The notes below the pieces were generated by a model. It saw only the letters and a list, made by a program, of their open reading frames with translations. It made no database searches and was not told where the DNA came from. The position numbers and the translations under genes were made by a program. From Eledone cirrhosa (lineage: Eukaryota), in NCBI GenBank assembly GCA_964016885.1, contig OZ024761.1:1364001-1428000 (forward strand): DNA of 64,000 nucleotides, written 5' to 3'. This document shows, in pieces, positions 38,351 to 51,037 of the stretch (position 1 is the stretch's first letter; every line of letters starts with the position of its first letter).

Positions 38351-41266
38351 TACCAGATTTATCCGGCGTTGCTCGGGGTTTGAAATTATGCTAAGAATAT
38401 ACAGCTAGGAAGTAAAAGAAGAACATTATTTGTCCCCAACCTGTCAAAATAACCAGAAGTTTTCAATAATTAATGCAAACGAATATTTAGTGCAATCTTT
38501 GTACACACAAAACTATGCTGATAATGAAGGAAAACACTGAACAGGATGTAGTTATACAAATGATTAAAGACAATACACGTTGCAAATCTGTAAACAAACA
38601 GGCAGTTTTGCTAAAGTACAAAAAGTTGTAATGAAAGCAGAGTTGTATACAAACCAAAAAACAATGAGAGTAGAATAAGAGAAAATCTATTCTTTGAGAG
38701 CATCCTTTGCTGTGTATGGTTAAATTTTTAACTTATAATCCAAAATATCCTACATCACATATTCATTGGTATGTTTTGTAATGAGTAAGGTGAAGTCAAG
38801 GCAGAGCTGTAATAAGTTTTTTTGTTAACACTAAAGCACTTGAGGATAGACGATATTCTTTGCTTTTCTTTTCGGAAGAAACACAAAGAGATTATCTCGA
38901 CTGCCAACTCGTGAGCAGGCAACGTAGAATTGTCCTTGCGAAAAGCAAGGTTCATCCATGTGAATTCCAGAGACGGACGACTTGTTTATGGACATCGCAA
39001 AGGCAACACGAAGGGGAAATTGGGTTCGGCGAAAGGAGAAGGGAGTATCCACGCCTGATGTAGTCAGGCTAATTTTTGTTATTATCACATCCTCGCCTTT
39101 TCTACGTTCGGATAGAATGGCAGAGTCAATACTAAGTGGAGACAGTTTTTTAACCACAAGGCGTGTACCGTTGCATAGTTTTGTAGGAGTGATATTTCTC
39201 AGCAAAATAACTGGTGTTCCCGCTTTCAGAACCAATGTATTAGGAGGTAAACCAGGAGGATTTAAAGAATTTAGAAATTCAACTGGATAATTGATCGCAT
39301 CCTGTGGATCACATACAGTATCAATAGATTTATATATCCGTGGACATCCAGGAAGAAGCTGAAGAAGCTGATCGTTAATACAGCTAACCGTGATATTTTT
39401 GGGTGCAAGAATGGCTCTTTCGCATAGCCAATCAAGATTCGTATAGTTATCACGCAAGTTCGGGAATACACTCGCCTTCAGATCATCGACAGTTTCAACT
39501 ACATTGCAGATGTGATCAATTGCTATGTCTCCATCTGTATCCGGAGGTAGGTTACCATCTCCTATTGTAAGAATGTCTCCAGAAAATGTTGATGACAGAG
39601 GGTCCCCATGCAACCTTGCACGCATGTTGGTAGTTAGTCTTAATGATGTCACTTGTCGCCACAATGGTGAAGACTCAATACATGCATTTACCGCATCTGC
39701 TCTTGTTCCTTTCAGTATTATAGGAAGAGTCTGTCTGAAGTCTCCTTATAGCAGAAGGGTGACACCCCCCATAACATCACTGCAATCCCGTATGTCTTGC
39801 AAAAACCTGTCTAGTGCCTCAAGAGCACCTTTGTGCGCCATTGTGCACTCATCCCAAACAATAAGGTGACACCTTCGCAGCAGATGAGCCCTTTCGGAGT
39901 CTTTGGTGATATGACAAGTAGGAGTTTCCAATTTTGCCAAATTAAGGGGCAATTTAAAAACTGAATGTGCCGTCCTTCCACCAGGGAGCAAAGTTGCTGT
40001 GATTCCAGAGGACGTAACTGCTATTGCTATGTCCTTATTCTGTCTAACCTTTGCAAGAAGAAGTTTAGTAACGAAAGTTTTTCCTGTCCCCCCTGGAGCA
40101 TCGAGGAAAAATATGCCACCTCTTCTTTGAAATACCAATTCAGTAATGGTGGTATAAGCCAGTCGCTGATCAGCTAGAAGTTTTGGCTCATTATCTGTGA
40201 CGTAGAGGCCGAGATCATGGATGTCATAAGAAGTCTCCTGTATGATATCTGTGGGAAGTTTGTTTGAGTCTGTGCGATGAGTTTCTGGTAAACCGTAGTA
40301 ACGTAAAACCTTTCCTCCAATCAGAGCTAACTTGTCCTCAATATCAATGAGAGCTCTGTTGTATAATTCATTAATAAAGCCGACCTCTATTTCTGAAAGC
40401 AGCAAATGTGCTTGGTGTCTGTAGTCGTCTGGTAGTTCATCCCTATATTTCATTCACAAGAACAGAGGATCAGATAAGTTGCACGAGTGCAAAAGTACCG
40501 CAAATAAATTTCTTAGGCTGGCAGGTGAATGTGAAAGAGCAACTTCCGCCATCGTTGCATCCCACTGCGAACCATCTTCCAGCAATCCACGCCTCAAACA
40601 TGCCTTTGTGTATGTTGGAAGAATTTGTCCGTCTAACGTTCGGAGATTATCAAAGCAGGTAGGTCCTCTGACCTCATGTAGTAGCATGCGAAGATGGAAG
40701 CACTCGTGTTGGTTTGGGGGCACAGTATAAACTCTGCCCAAGCACTCGTTGAACTTGATGCCTGGATAACCTTCGACACACTGCCCTGTTTTTCTTCGCC
40801 TCCATGTATTTTTGTCCCAGGTATAGTAAGATGGGACTTGTGGATATAGTAAGGTTTTAGCAAATGGATCTTCTTGACATAGTTTAAAGAAAGCGGTAAG
40901 AGTAGTATCCTTTGGTTCTTGTGCTAACTGAGCAGCTGATGCATTCGTAAAATATACTCTCTGACCGTTCTCCAGGTGCACTTGGAGTTTTGGAACAGCA
41001 GGATGCCGTTGATGTATAGAAAATCCGAAAATCCGCCAGAACGCTTCATTAGAGCTAATGTATCTTCCAGTTTGGTACTGGGCCACTTCATCTCGGCTGT
41101 TTTCCCGAAGTAATCCAAACTTAGCAGCATCAGAGCCTTTATTAATGTACTTACAAATGTATTTTATAGATTTAATCGAATTACAGTATTCTACGTTGAT
41201 GTGTGCATCAAAAATCTTTATAAGGAGTGGATTATATGGAACAACCCATCTGTTGTCAACCTCATG
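38350..41266 (-). mobile_element. 5'-truncated Helitron with intact 3' terminus
   Basis: 3' end CCGAGCAACGCCGG hairpin then CTGGTAG|T at 38350; Rep/helicase coding remnant upstream. Confidence 0.9.
38831..41266 (-). pseudogene. Helitron Rep/PIF1-family helicase, broken by stops and frameshifts
   Basis: DNRWVVPYNP, KYICKYINKG, GRYISSNEA, LDAPGGTGKTF (Walker A), IVWDECTM, LCNGTRL, QFPLRVAFAMSINKS, FYVACSRV. Confidence 0.95.
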
Positions 41267-41409
41267 AATTTAATCTAAATCAAAATTATGGGTGTCATGC
41301 CAGAAAGACATGTACCATATCACCCGCAAAATAAGCTCTAAGATTCTAACGAGTAGGTCCGAGCATTTTATAATAACTAGAAATTGATTAACATATAAAT
41401 AATCATGAA

Positions 41410-41670
41410 TAATCACAGGAGATAATTTTTACAAGTGTGTAAGCACACATAGCTAGGTAGGTAACTAAATAAAGTTGACCAGAACTTCAAAAATAGATAC
41501 CTTATAATATGATTAATCTTCCCTGTATATATTCCATTAAAGAAATATATTTCACCAATTAATCGGATGGTAAACTACGGAAGTGGATACTTGGAGTTCT
41601 GGTCATCTTTATTTAGTTACCTGCCTAGCTATGTGTGGTTACACACTTGTAAATTATCTCCTGTGATTAT
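41410..41670. mobile_element. Fold-back element in TA context
   Basis: 41408-41490 inverted at 41590-41670; a 3' hammerhead-like half (CCGATTAATTGG-T-GAAA-TATA-TT) on the minus strand near 41540-41567. Confidence 0.65.
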
Positions 41671-41718
41671 TCTAGTTATTATATTTGTATATATATATAT
41701 ATTATATATATATATATT

Positions 41719-41804
<86 letters not shown>

Positions 41805-41984
41805 TTATATATATAATATATATATAATATATATATAATATATATATATATTTGTATATATATATATATATATATATATTTGTATAATATAAAATCAAAA
41901 GTTGGTTAAAAGAGTTCCATGTATTTTATTATGCGCATTTCAAAAACAAATATCATCATGGGATGATATTTGCGTTCTCATCAA

Positions 41985-42748
41985 TTAAATTCTCTTATTC
42001 CACCACTTCCAACATCTCTAACATTATCTCTAAACATAATAATAAAATATTAAGTAATAAATTATATCCATTCAACACTGAGCGTCATAATAATAGCAAT
42101 AGTAAACCCGACGTCAATGTTAACTCTAGGCTAGATTCTGTAAATTTAAATACGACGTCAAACGTAAGTTTGTCGAATGTTCATAACACCAATCTAAATC
42201 AGGAAACTTTAGCACCTATCGTAAATAACTTCTCCAATCCAATTCCTTCTATAAATAATACCAGGTCACTTGTTAATAACTCTGGTAATTTCTCTAATCG
42301 TAATTACAATTGCCCTGTTAGAACTAAATGTCCTCTTAGTAACCAATGTCTTGATAAAAATTTAGTGTATGAATGTAAGGTTATAACTGGTACTAATTCT
42401 TTTACCTATTTTGGTTCCACTTCCACTTCCTTTAAAGCAAGATTTTATAATCACAATTCTTCTTTTAAATACCAACTTAAAAGAACTAACACGTCACTCT
42501 CAGAACTCATATGGTCCTTAAAGGACAAAACTATTAACTACATTTCTTGGAGGAAGGTTTGCAACGCCTCTCCTTACCTGAATTCTTCCCTATCCAGAAC
42601 ATGTAATCTCTGCCTAGCGGAGAAATTTACCATTATCTCTAATTTTAATTCTATAATAAATAGACGTACGGATTTATTTTCGCTCTGCTTGCATAAATCC
42701 CATGAACTTTCCATGAAGTATACAGCTAATATCTTACTACCTAATTAG
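41985..42748 (+). pseudogene. PLE C-terminal linker plus GIY-YIG endonuclease (Nematis/Neptune-like)
   Basis: KFSYSTTSNISNIISKHNNKIL, CPVRTKCPLSNQCL, LVYECKV..YFGST..FKARFYNH, LSELIWSLK, CNLCLAEK, INRRTDL. Confidence 0.88.
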
Positions 42749-43022
42749 TTTAAAATCTTCTTTTCTCAAACGCTTTTATATCTTTTGCAAATATACCCAT
42801 CTTTCTACCTTATTTCAGTATATTATAGAATTTACTCATACTATGTCGTTAGCGGTCCCCTGTTTTTCTTCTTTTTTATCCTTTTTTCTTTTTTAATTTC
42901 TAATCTTTAATCTGGAACTTTTACTTCTCAATTACTTCTTAATTCATATTATAACTCACTATAGCATTTTCCTTATATTCTCGGCCATACAAATTTTTAT
43001 TTTTAATATATACTAATATTAC

Positions 43023-44084
43023 CACCAGATAGAAAAATGCGTACAGCAAAAAAAAGTAATATTGTTTGGAATATAAACCTTTAAAAATACAGGACAAGAA
43101 ACTAAAATAAAACTTTAAAAGAATAGGACAAGAAACTAAGATAAAACTTTAAAGAATTGGACAAGAAATAAAAAAATTTACAATAATATTAGTGGCAAAA
43201 TTTTTATTGGTAAAAAATCGAGTTCCACATTCATAGGCTCTGGGTTCCACATTCAGAGGTCGTCGTCAGACCGGGGGATCATTTGATCCTGGTTTGAACA
43301 CCAATTGGGCCATAACCATACCCCTATTTCATCATTCGGCGACACGTCTCATGTGTCATGCATAATGTGAATGGACCCATGGGCCCATGAGCACAGATCT
43401 TGAGCAGCAGCGGACGGTCTTGTCGTCCCGCTCATCCTTGATCTTGACCAACCCGTCCATGTTCTCCTTGCATTTTGTCCTTGAGTTCAAGTCCGGCAGT
43501 CCAGATGAATGCGTGCCACAGCTTTCTGGTACAGGAAGGGGGAGCAGGAGGACTGGAGGGATGACGGGACAGAGGGAGGGAGGACCGGTGGTTGAGGGAG
43601 GTGCCATAGTCGGTGGTCAGAGTCGACATCTTGTCCCGGTCGTCTTCTCCATCTTCGTCTGGTGTTGCGGGACCAGAAGTGTATTCTTGGAGGAGACCTG
43701 CAGCTGCATCGGCCAATTCTTCTTGCAATGGTCATTCTGACGGAGCATAACTGCTCAGCCAACCAACCCAACCAGAACCAACCACTCATGGGCAACGCAC
43801 AATGAGAGCATGAGAATTATTATGCACTAATCAAGAAGATACTGGGGCATAGCACAGGAAACGAATAAAAAAAATTTGCCACTAATATTATTGTAAATTT
43901 TTTTATTTCTTGTCCAATCCTTTAAAGTTTTATCTTAGTTTCTTGTCCTATTCTTTTAAAGTTTTATCTTAGTTTCTTGTCCTATTCTTTTCAAGTTTTA
44001 TTTTAGTTTCTTGCCCTGTATTTTTAAAGGTTTATATTCCAACAATATTACTTTTTTTTGCTGTACGCATTTTTCTATCTGGTC
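43023..44084. mobile_element. Non-autonomous CACTA/EnSpm-like element with ~185-220-bp TIRs
   Basis: CACCAGATAG... / ...CTATCTGGTC; TAC duplicated at 43020-43022 and 44085-44087; ~34-bp subterminal tandem repeats within the TIRs. Confidence 0.75.
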
Positions 44085-45203
44085 TACTATTTTTTAAGGC
44101 AATGCAAGCAACAACTATCTAATAATTAAATGATCATAGTGAATTACTGACAAGTGATTGACATTTTAAAGTTCTTTTGAGTATAATTGCAATCTAGTTG
44201 AGGCAACTGGCTTAATGACAAAGCTACGTCATTTCTGGATTACCTCCCCTAGCGTCACGCTTACTACTCACTCACTTGAACACAAGATTTATCAGCAAAC
44301 TTTGATTATAAACTTTTTCCCGCTGGACCAAATTTCTAGATTTTTAAGCCAAAAGATGCGTAATGATCTACTGTTCATGCTCATATAAGTTTTATCTCAG
44401 TTAAATAAAGTAGAGCCGCGCTGTACTGTCGTAAACAGACGATTGCCAACGAAAACACGACCACAACAATATTACTAAACGGACTAACGTCCGTTTAGGA
44501 TTAGTCAATTTTGTAAACGTATATATATTTTTTTGACGTTATATATTTGTTCTTCCTTGAATTTTCTTCTTTCTTCTCTCCTTCCGTGCTCGTATTAAGC
44601 CTATTATTTACTTTTTCCTATTACAATATATAGAAACAAACTTGGACCCTAACTAATTCCTCTAAGTTCATAATTCATTTAACCTTTTCTTCATTCACCT
44701 TATTTCCTTAATATTTTTTTATTTTAATAATACATTTTAATAAATTCCCTTTCACACATATTATTAAACCCTTCAATATATAAACCTTAAATAAATAGTA
44801 TTCTTAATTCCTTTTTCGTTAATCATAAGCATCACCATTCATAAACCTCATTAACTTTTAATTTCTAAATTTTTTTAAAATTATGTATTATCTTTCAACG
44901 GTTTTTTTAAATTTCTCTCTGTGAGACAGTGTTTCTCAGTAGTAAAGGTTATCTCTCTCTCTCTCTCACTCATTTTCTCCTCCTCTCTCATCCTTCCTTC
45001 TTATACTCCACCTCCGTCATCCTTTCCTTATTATTATTTTTTTATTATTATTATATTCTTTCTTCCTCTTCCTTACCTTTTCCTTCCCCCCTTCCTTTCC
45101 TTTTTTTCCCAATCTCATATATCCATCTTATTTTATTTTTCATATGTTGATTTAACACTTCACTGCTCGCAAGTGTTTTTTAAGCTTCATATCATGTCTC
45201 CCT

Positions 45204-45272
45204 ATTTTATCTGATGAGAACGCAAATATCATCCTATGATGATATTTGTTTTTGAAATGCGCATAATAAAAT
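45204..45272 (+). ncRNA. Type I hammerhead ribozyme (family A), intact
   Basis: ATTTTAT-CTGATGA-GAACGCAAATATCATC-CTAT-GATGATATTTGTTTTT-GAAA-TGCGCA-TA-ATAAAAT. Confidence 0.88.
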
Positions 45273-45404
45273 ACATGGAACTCTTTTAACCATCTTTTGA
45301 TTTTATATTATTTATACTCCAGTCCTATAAACTGTTGAGTGCTACTTATCCGATATTTGCATTGCTTTATTGTGCAACAATAAAACTCACCTCCTACATA
45401 TATT

Positions 45405-45469
<65 letters not shown>

Positions 45470-45810
45470 ATATATACAAATATAAATTAGTGAGAATCGC
45501 ATTTAGGCTATTGAAAATTAGCGAAAAATAACTTCCGAGATGTGTGACAAGCGCTCCATAGAAGCTAGTGAACTAGAGCAACAACGTACGTTAAAAGGCC
45601 AAACACACTGAGACAATGGTTAAACCATTATCCGCAAAGCCATAGAAACGACCAAGCTATTCGGGTCAAACAAATAATTAAATCTGATTGAAAATTATAC
45701 CCGGACCGATATATATATATATATATACGTTATTCCGGGTTGAATCGGAGGTAACCACAGTAAGTAAGGTACTCAATACATAGCAGCGTATAAAAGTTTT
45801 AATATAGATG

Positions 45811-45860
45811 AGATTCTATAGGACTAGAACTGTTTCATTCTTTAGAAATCATCAGGAATC
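45811..45860 (-). ncRNA. Hammerhead family D, inverted twin of 45866-45916
   Basis: Minus strand GATTC-CTGATGA-TTTCTAAAGAAT-GAAA-CAG..CTA-TA-GAATCT (one stem III mismatch). Confidence 0.75.
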
Positions 45861-45865
45861 ATCAG

Positions 45866-45916
45866 AGATTCCTGATGATTTCTAAAGAATGAAACAGTTC
45901 TAGTCCTGTAGAATCT
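45866..45916 (+). ncRNA. Type I hammerhead ribozyme (family D), intact
   Basis: AGATTC-CTGATGA-TTTCTAAAGAAT-GAAA-CAG-TTCTAGTC-CTG-TA-GAATCT. Confidence 0.88.
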
Positions 45917-46195
45917 CATCTATATTAAAACTTTTATACTCTACTATATATATATATATATAGATAGATAGATAGGTAAATATACACGGGTGTGTATGAT
46001 TGTGTATAGAAGATTATATTAATAAGAGGAATTCCAACTTTGTCTCGTTTTATTTACAATCCTTTAAAATATATAATGGTATTATAATGAAATAGTATGA
46101 TAGAATATTAAATTCTAAGTGTTAATTGAACTTGACAGTCAAATTTGCAATTTTCAACTGTTGAAAATTGCAAACTTGACTGTCACCATATATTA

Positions 46196-46234
46196 TGAAC
46201 CTGAAGATTGCGAAAGCATGAAAGTACTTGTTCA
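46196..46234 (+). ncRNA. Minimal type I hammerhead ribozyme (family E), predicted cleavage after 46229
   Basis: TGAAC-CTGAAGA-TTGC-GAAA-GCAT-GAAA-GTAC-TT-GTTCA, inside fold-back element 46014-46352. Confidence 0.88.
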
Positions 46235-46346
46235 ATTAACACTTAGAATTTAATATTCTATCATACTATTTCATTATAATACCATTATATATTTTAAAGG
46301 ATTGTAAATAAAACGAGTAAATCAGACAAAGTTGGAATTCCTCTTA

Positions 46347-46384
<38 letters not shown>

Positions 46385-46389
<5 letters not shown>

Positions 46390-46753
46390 CGTTTCTGAAT
46401 TTGTTTAGCAAGATTCTTTATCTGAAATCGTGTGTTGAAACCGATATTGTTATACTTTGGGAGGGTCATGTTGCCAATAAGAAACACACGCACCAGTTGC
46501 TTTCACTTCAATTTATTATATATTTATAAATTTATGAATTTACAAACTTATAAATTTCTGGTTGGTTGGTTGGTTCCACAACCAGATAGTTGTTTATATA
46601 AATATATATAAACAACTATCTGGTTGTGGAACCAACCAACCAACCAGAAATTTATAAGTTTGTAAATTCATAAATTTATAAATATATAATAAATTGAAGT
46701 GAAAGCAACTGGTGCGTGTGTTTCTTATTGGCAACATGACCCTCCCAAAGTAT

Positions 46754-46760
<7 letters not shown>
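46385..46760. mobile_element. Palindromic pLTR-like element related to family C
   Basis: Near-perfect inverted arms 46444-46595 / 46609-46760; copies at 53107-53357 and 19095-19245. Confidence 0.78.
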
Positions 46761-46819
<59 letters not shown>

Positions 46820-47028
46820 CGAAATGACAGGAGGCGGAGGCCAAATATGTTGAATTTCCTTAATTGTTTTATTTCTGCAGACACTGTGCACATTTCAGTG
46901 GCCAGGTTGCGTGAGAACCCGGTGACCTTATCAGGTGTAAATTGCGTAATAGATGTATACCAACGGAATGTTGGTAAACTTTAAGGAAACAAGCATCATT
47001 CCGTTGGTATACATCTATTACGCAATTT

Positions 47029-47084
47029 ACACCTGATGAGGTCACCGGGTTCTTACGGAATCCGGCCACTGAAATGTGTAGTGT
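47029..47084 (+). ncRNA. Type I hammerhead ribozyme (family F) in fold-back element 46820-47138
   Basis: ACAC-CTGATGA-stem II CCGGGTTC/GAATCCGG-GAAA-TGTG-TA-GTGT; decayed inverted twin at 46881-46938. Confidence 0.75.
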
Positions 47085-47213
47085 CTGCAGAAATAAAAAA
47101 TTAAGGAAATTCAACATATTTAACCTCCTGTCATTTCACTTTATACATTTACTCCGTTCCCGCACCACCAACATGATTCAACATTGAAGATGGATGAGTT
47201 GCATAACATCGAG

Positions 47214-47352
47214 TAGTGCCGGATTTTCCATTGTGCTTAGGTGTGTTTAAGCACAGGGCCTCGTTGGCCAGGGTGGGGGCATCTTCCTGCCAAGTAGGGA
47301 GGCCTCATAACTTAACGAGCACAGGGCCTCATTTGTCCTAAATCCGGCAGTG
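47214..47352. mobile_element. Short hAT-like MITE
   Basis: Imperfect TIRs TAGTGCCGGATTT / AAATCCGGCAGTG; no clear TSD. Confidence 0.45.
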
Positions 47353-47442
47353 TATGTGTGTATGAATGTGTAAGTGACTGAGTGTATGTGTGCGTGTATT
47401 AATAAGCGTGTATGTGTCAATGAATGTGTGTGTGTAAGACAG

Positions 47443-47578
47443 AGAAGACGAAGAAGACGAAGAAGAAGAAGAAGAAGAAGAAGAAGAAGAAGAAGAAGAA
47501 GAAGAAGAAGAAGAAGAAGAAGAAGAAGAAGAAGAAGAAGAAGAAGAAGAAGAAGAAGAAGAAGAAGAAGAAGAAGAA
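47443..47578. repeat. (GAA)n microsatellite
   Basis: Seen directly. Confidence 0.98.
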
Positions 47579-47760
47579 TCAAAGTAGTCTTAGATATGAC
47601 CTTAGATATGACCGATGTTTGATTTGATCCCTAAACTGGGTCATATCTCGCATTTACTGGTGGACAGCAGCTACATTTTAACTCACGGAATTAAAGTTAA
47701 TATTTTATTTATATATTTATTTCGTTATTTATTTATATATTTATTTATTTATTTATTTGT

Positions 47761-47795
<35 letters not shown>

Positions 47796-48058
47796 TTCGT
47801 CCTTTTTTCTTATTATTTTCGTTTTAAAGCCAGGCTGCGTTTAACTCCTCTCTATTTAACTTCCAACATGTGTATAATCTTATCAAGTGTAAACTGTTTA
47901 TAAACTTCACTGCGGTATATATATGTGTGTATATATATGTGTGTGTGTGTATTAATGTAATCTCTGTGTGTGTATGCAAATATGTATATATAAATATATA
48001 TATATATATACTGTAATCTTTGTGTGTGTATATGCAAATATATGTATATTAGTATGTT

Positions 48059-48107
<49 letters not shown>

Positions 48108-48339
48108 GTATACAAATGTATATGTATATGCATATAATATATATATATGTATACAAATGTATATGTATATGCATATAATATATATATGTTTGTGTGTGTG
48201 TGTATATATATATGTATACAAATATATATGTATATGCATATAATATGCATATAATAATATGCATATATATATGTATATGCATATAATATATATATATATA
48301 CGTTTCTGTATGTGTGTGTATATATATATATTATATGTA

Positions 48340-48404
<65 letters not shown>

Positions 48405-49079
48405 TTATGATATATGTATACCGTTGAATCTTAAACACATTCCTTCAACACCCTTCCTCATCTCCCCCTCCTCTCTCTCTATCCGTTTCTCTCCCCTTTA
48501 TCCCTCCCCTTCACCCTCTCACCCCCATCTCCACTCTCTTTCTCTACGTGCATATCTTTTAATGAATGTTTGGAACGCCTATCTCAATATGTCCATCATT
48601 CTCTCTCTCTCTCTCTCTCTCTTAGTGCTTTTGTAGGATTTTTTCCTACATTTCCTTCCGCCTCTCTCTCAGATATGATGAAGTACGTAGCCCGAAACGT
48701 TGCATAACATATTGTCAACTCTCTTTCTCTCCACAGTTTTCTTTTGTTTTCCTCTACATTCCTTTCTTACTCCCTTATTTATTTGACAAACGACGTGGTC
48801 CGAAACGTCATCGTACTGACATTTTTCTTCCACTTCTGAGCATTAAATTAGTATCCTGAAATATGTAAATATACAGTTCTATTGATAAATATACACCACT
48901 AGGGAAAATAAAAAAGAATGAGAAGAAATGATTTTTCTTTTTTTTTTAAGGAGCAGATATTTCGTGAAAGAATGTGTAAATAGGATAGATTTTCAGGGAA
49001 AACAACCCAGGTTGTGTAGAGAATTGTAAACAGCTTTACGAATGCACACACATATATATATACATACACAGGCACACAC

Positions 49080-49116
<37 letters not shown>

Positions 49117-49174
49117 CATATATATATACACACACACACATACACATATATACGCACACATATATACATACACA

Positions 49175-49216
<42 letters not shown>

Positions 49217-49294
49217 TATACACACACACATATACATACACATACACATATATACATACACATATATATATAGATACACATATATACATACACA

Positions 49295-49334
<40 letters not shown>

Positions 49335-49944
49335 TATACACACACACATATACATACACATACACATATATACATACACATATATATATAGATACACATA
49401 TATACATACACAGACATATATATGTATATATATGATAGTGATGTTGGTGGTGATAATATGATGGTGGTGGTGATGATAGTGATGGTGTTGGTGATGATAG
49501 TGATGGTGTTGGTGGTGTTAGTGGTAATGGTGGTGATGATAGTGATGATGATAGTGGCGGTGATGATAGTGATAGTGATGGTGATGGTGTTGGTAGTGAT
49601 AGTGATGGTGATGGTGTTGGTGGTATTAGTGATGATGAAAGTAATATTGATGCTGCTGGCAATGATAGTGATAATGTTAGACGATCGACTGCAGTGAGAG
49701 AGATATCTGTGTAATGGCTTGCACAGATGTAAAAGTTATGTTAAAATCCCAGATCAATTAGACATCACAGCTGATAGTCTTGAAATAGAGAAAAATAGGA
49801 GGAGAGGAGGGGTTTCGCTGTTGTAGTGGAGGGGGAAAAAAAGGTTTATTTTCCCTCCAAATTTTTACTTTTTCTTTTCTTGCTCTGTATCTCTTACTTT
49901 CTCACATACACCGCAATAACAACAACAACAACAGTAACAATAAT

Positions 49945-50345
49945 AGTTTCTTCTTTTGGCACAAGACCAGCCATTATCCCAGTGTATTACTGGTACTTTA
50001 TTTTATCGACCCCGTAAGGATGAAAGGCAAAGTCAACCTTGTTTCTACTTTTGGCACAAGGCCAGCCCTTACCCAGTGCATTACTGGTACTTTATTTTAT
50101 CGACCCCGTAAGGATGAAAGGCAAAGTCAACCTTGTTTCTACTTTTGGCACAAGGCCAGCAATTATTCAGTGAATTACTGGTACTTTATTTTATCGACCC
50201 CTTAAGGAGGAAAGGCAAAGTTAACCTCGGCGGGATTTGAACTCAGACCACAAAGGGCCGTAACTCTTTGCTGAAAAGCATGGTGTCAGACCCTCTACCG
50301 ATACTGCCAATCCATGGTTTCTGATTTAGGCACAAGGCCAGCAAT
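49945..50345 (-). mobile_element. Meta-domain SINE with its 3' ~95 bp present three times in tandem
   Basis: GTTTCTACTTTTGGCACAAGGCCAG...AAAGTCAACCT repeated at about 49945, 50041 and 50135. Confidence 0.8.
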
Positions 50346-50513
50346 TTTGGAGGAGGATAACGTGATGTTAATATGGCTGAATTGTCTCTTTTTCACTTAT
50401 GTCATGTCGTCTGCTACGAGTGAAACAGACAACTTATTACTCTGGTATACTTCACCTTTCACTGTCTGTTTGTTTGTACGTATGCATGTATATATATATG
50501 TATGTACGTATGT

Positions 50514-50950
50514 TGAGTCAATGGCCATCCAAAATCACCGGGAGAGATGACCCCTTAGCCTTTGTCAAGGCAGAATTCTAGGAGAAGGAAAACTCTGATA
50601 TAACACCTGCAACTCTGATGGTATCCAATGATGTTGACTTGTTCTTCTTTTTGGTAAATATCATCTTGGTTAAGAGAGTGGGACTGGCTTTGTGCAGTGC
50701 CTTTGATCACTATAAAAGCTTCACGGCACAGGCATTGCTTTGTATCTGGAGATCTCTCTGCACTTGTCGTCACATGGTACCAAAGGTAAAGCACTATGTG
50801 TCAATAATTGTCACAAGTGTAGTGTTTGTACCAGAGTTTTCAAGTCGCTGGCTGGACTAAAACGTCACACTCGTTCAGCGCATCGGTAGGGGTTCTCCTA
50901 CATGGATATAAAGTAGTGGCCGTACTCGAAAACGAGTTGGCAGCCACCAT
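50514..50950 (+). mobile_element. Truncated copy of the RTE-derived non-autonomous element
   Basis: Reverse complement of 16499-16938. Confidence 0.8.
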
Positions 50951-51037
50951 ATATATATGTATGTACATATGTATATATATATATATGTACGTATGCATGT
51001 ATATATATATGTATATATACACATATATATATATACA

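Larger units (their letters stand above)
41882..45400 (+). mobile_element. 5'-truncated Penelope-like element (family A) with inverted pLTR piece at the 5' junction, interrupted by a DNA transposon
   Basis: 41882-41983 is the inverse of 45211-45312; GIY-YIG ORF remnant; hammerhead at the 3' end; TA flanks. Confidence 0.85.

Noticed and set aside
46385-46760. Fold-backs as assembly or amplification artefacts
   Set aside because: Not excluded for this near-perfect palindrome. However, many others have diverged arms (31822, 41410, 46820) and are confined to specific element families, which favours a biological origin.
47374-47627. Poly-Arg/poly-Lys protamine-like ORFs
   Set aside because: Simple (GAA)n microsatellite.
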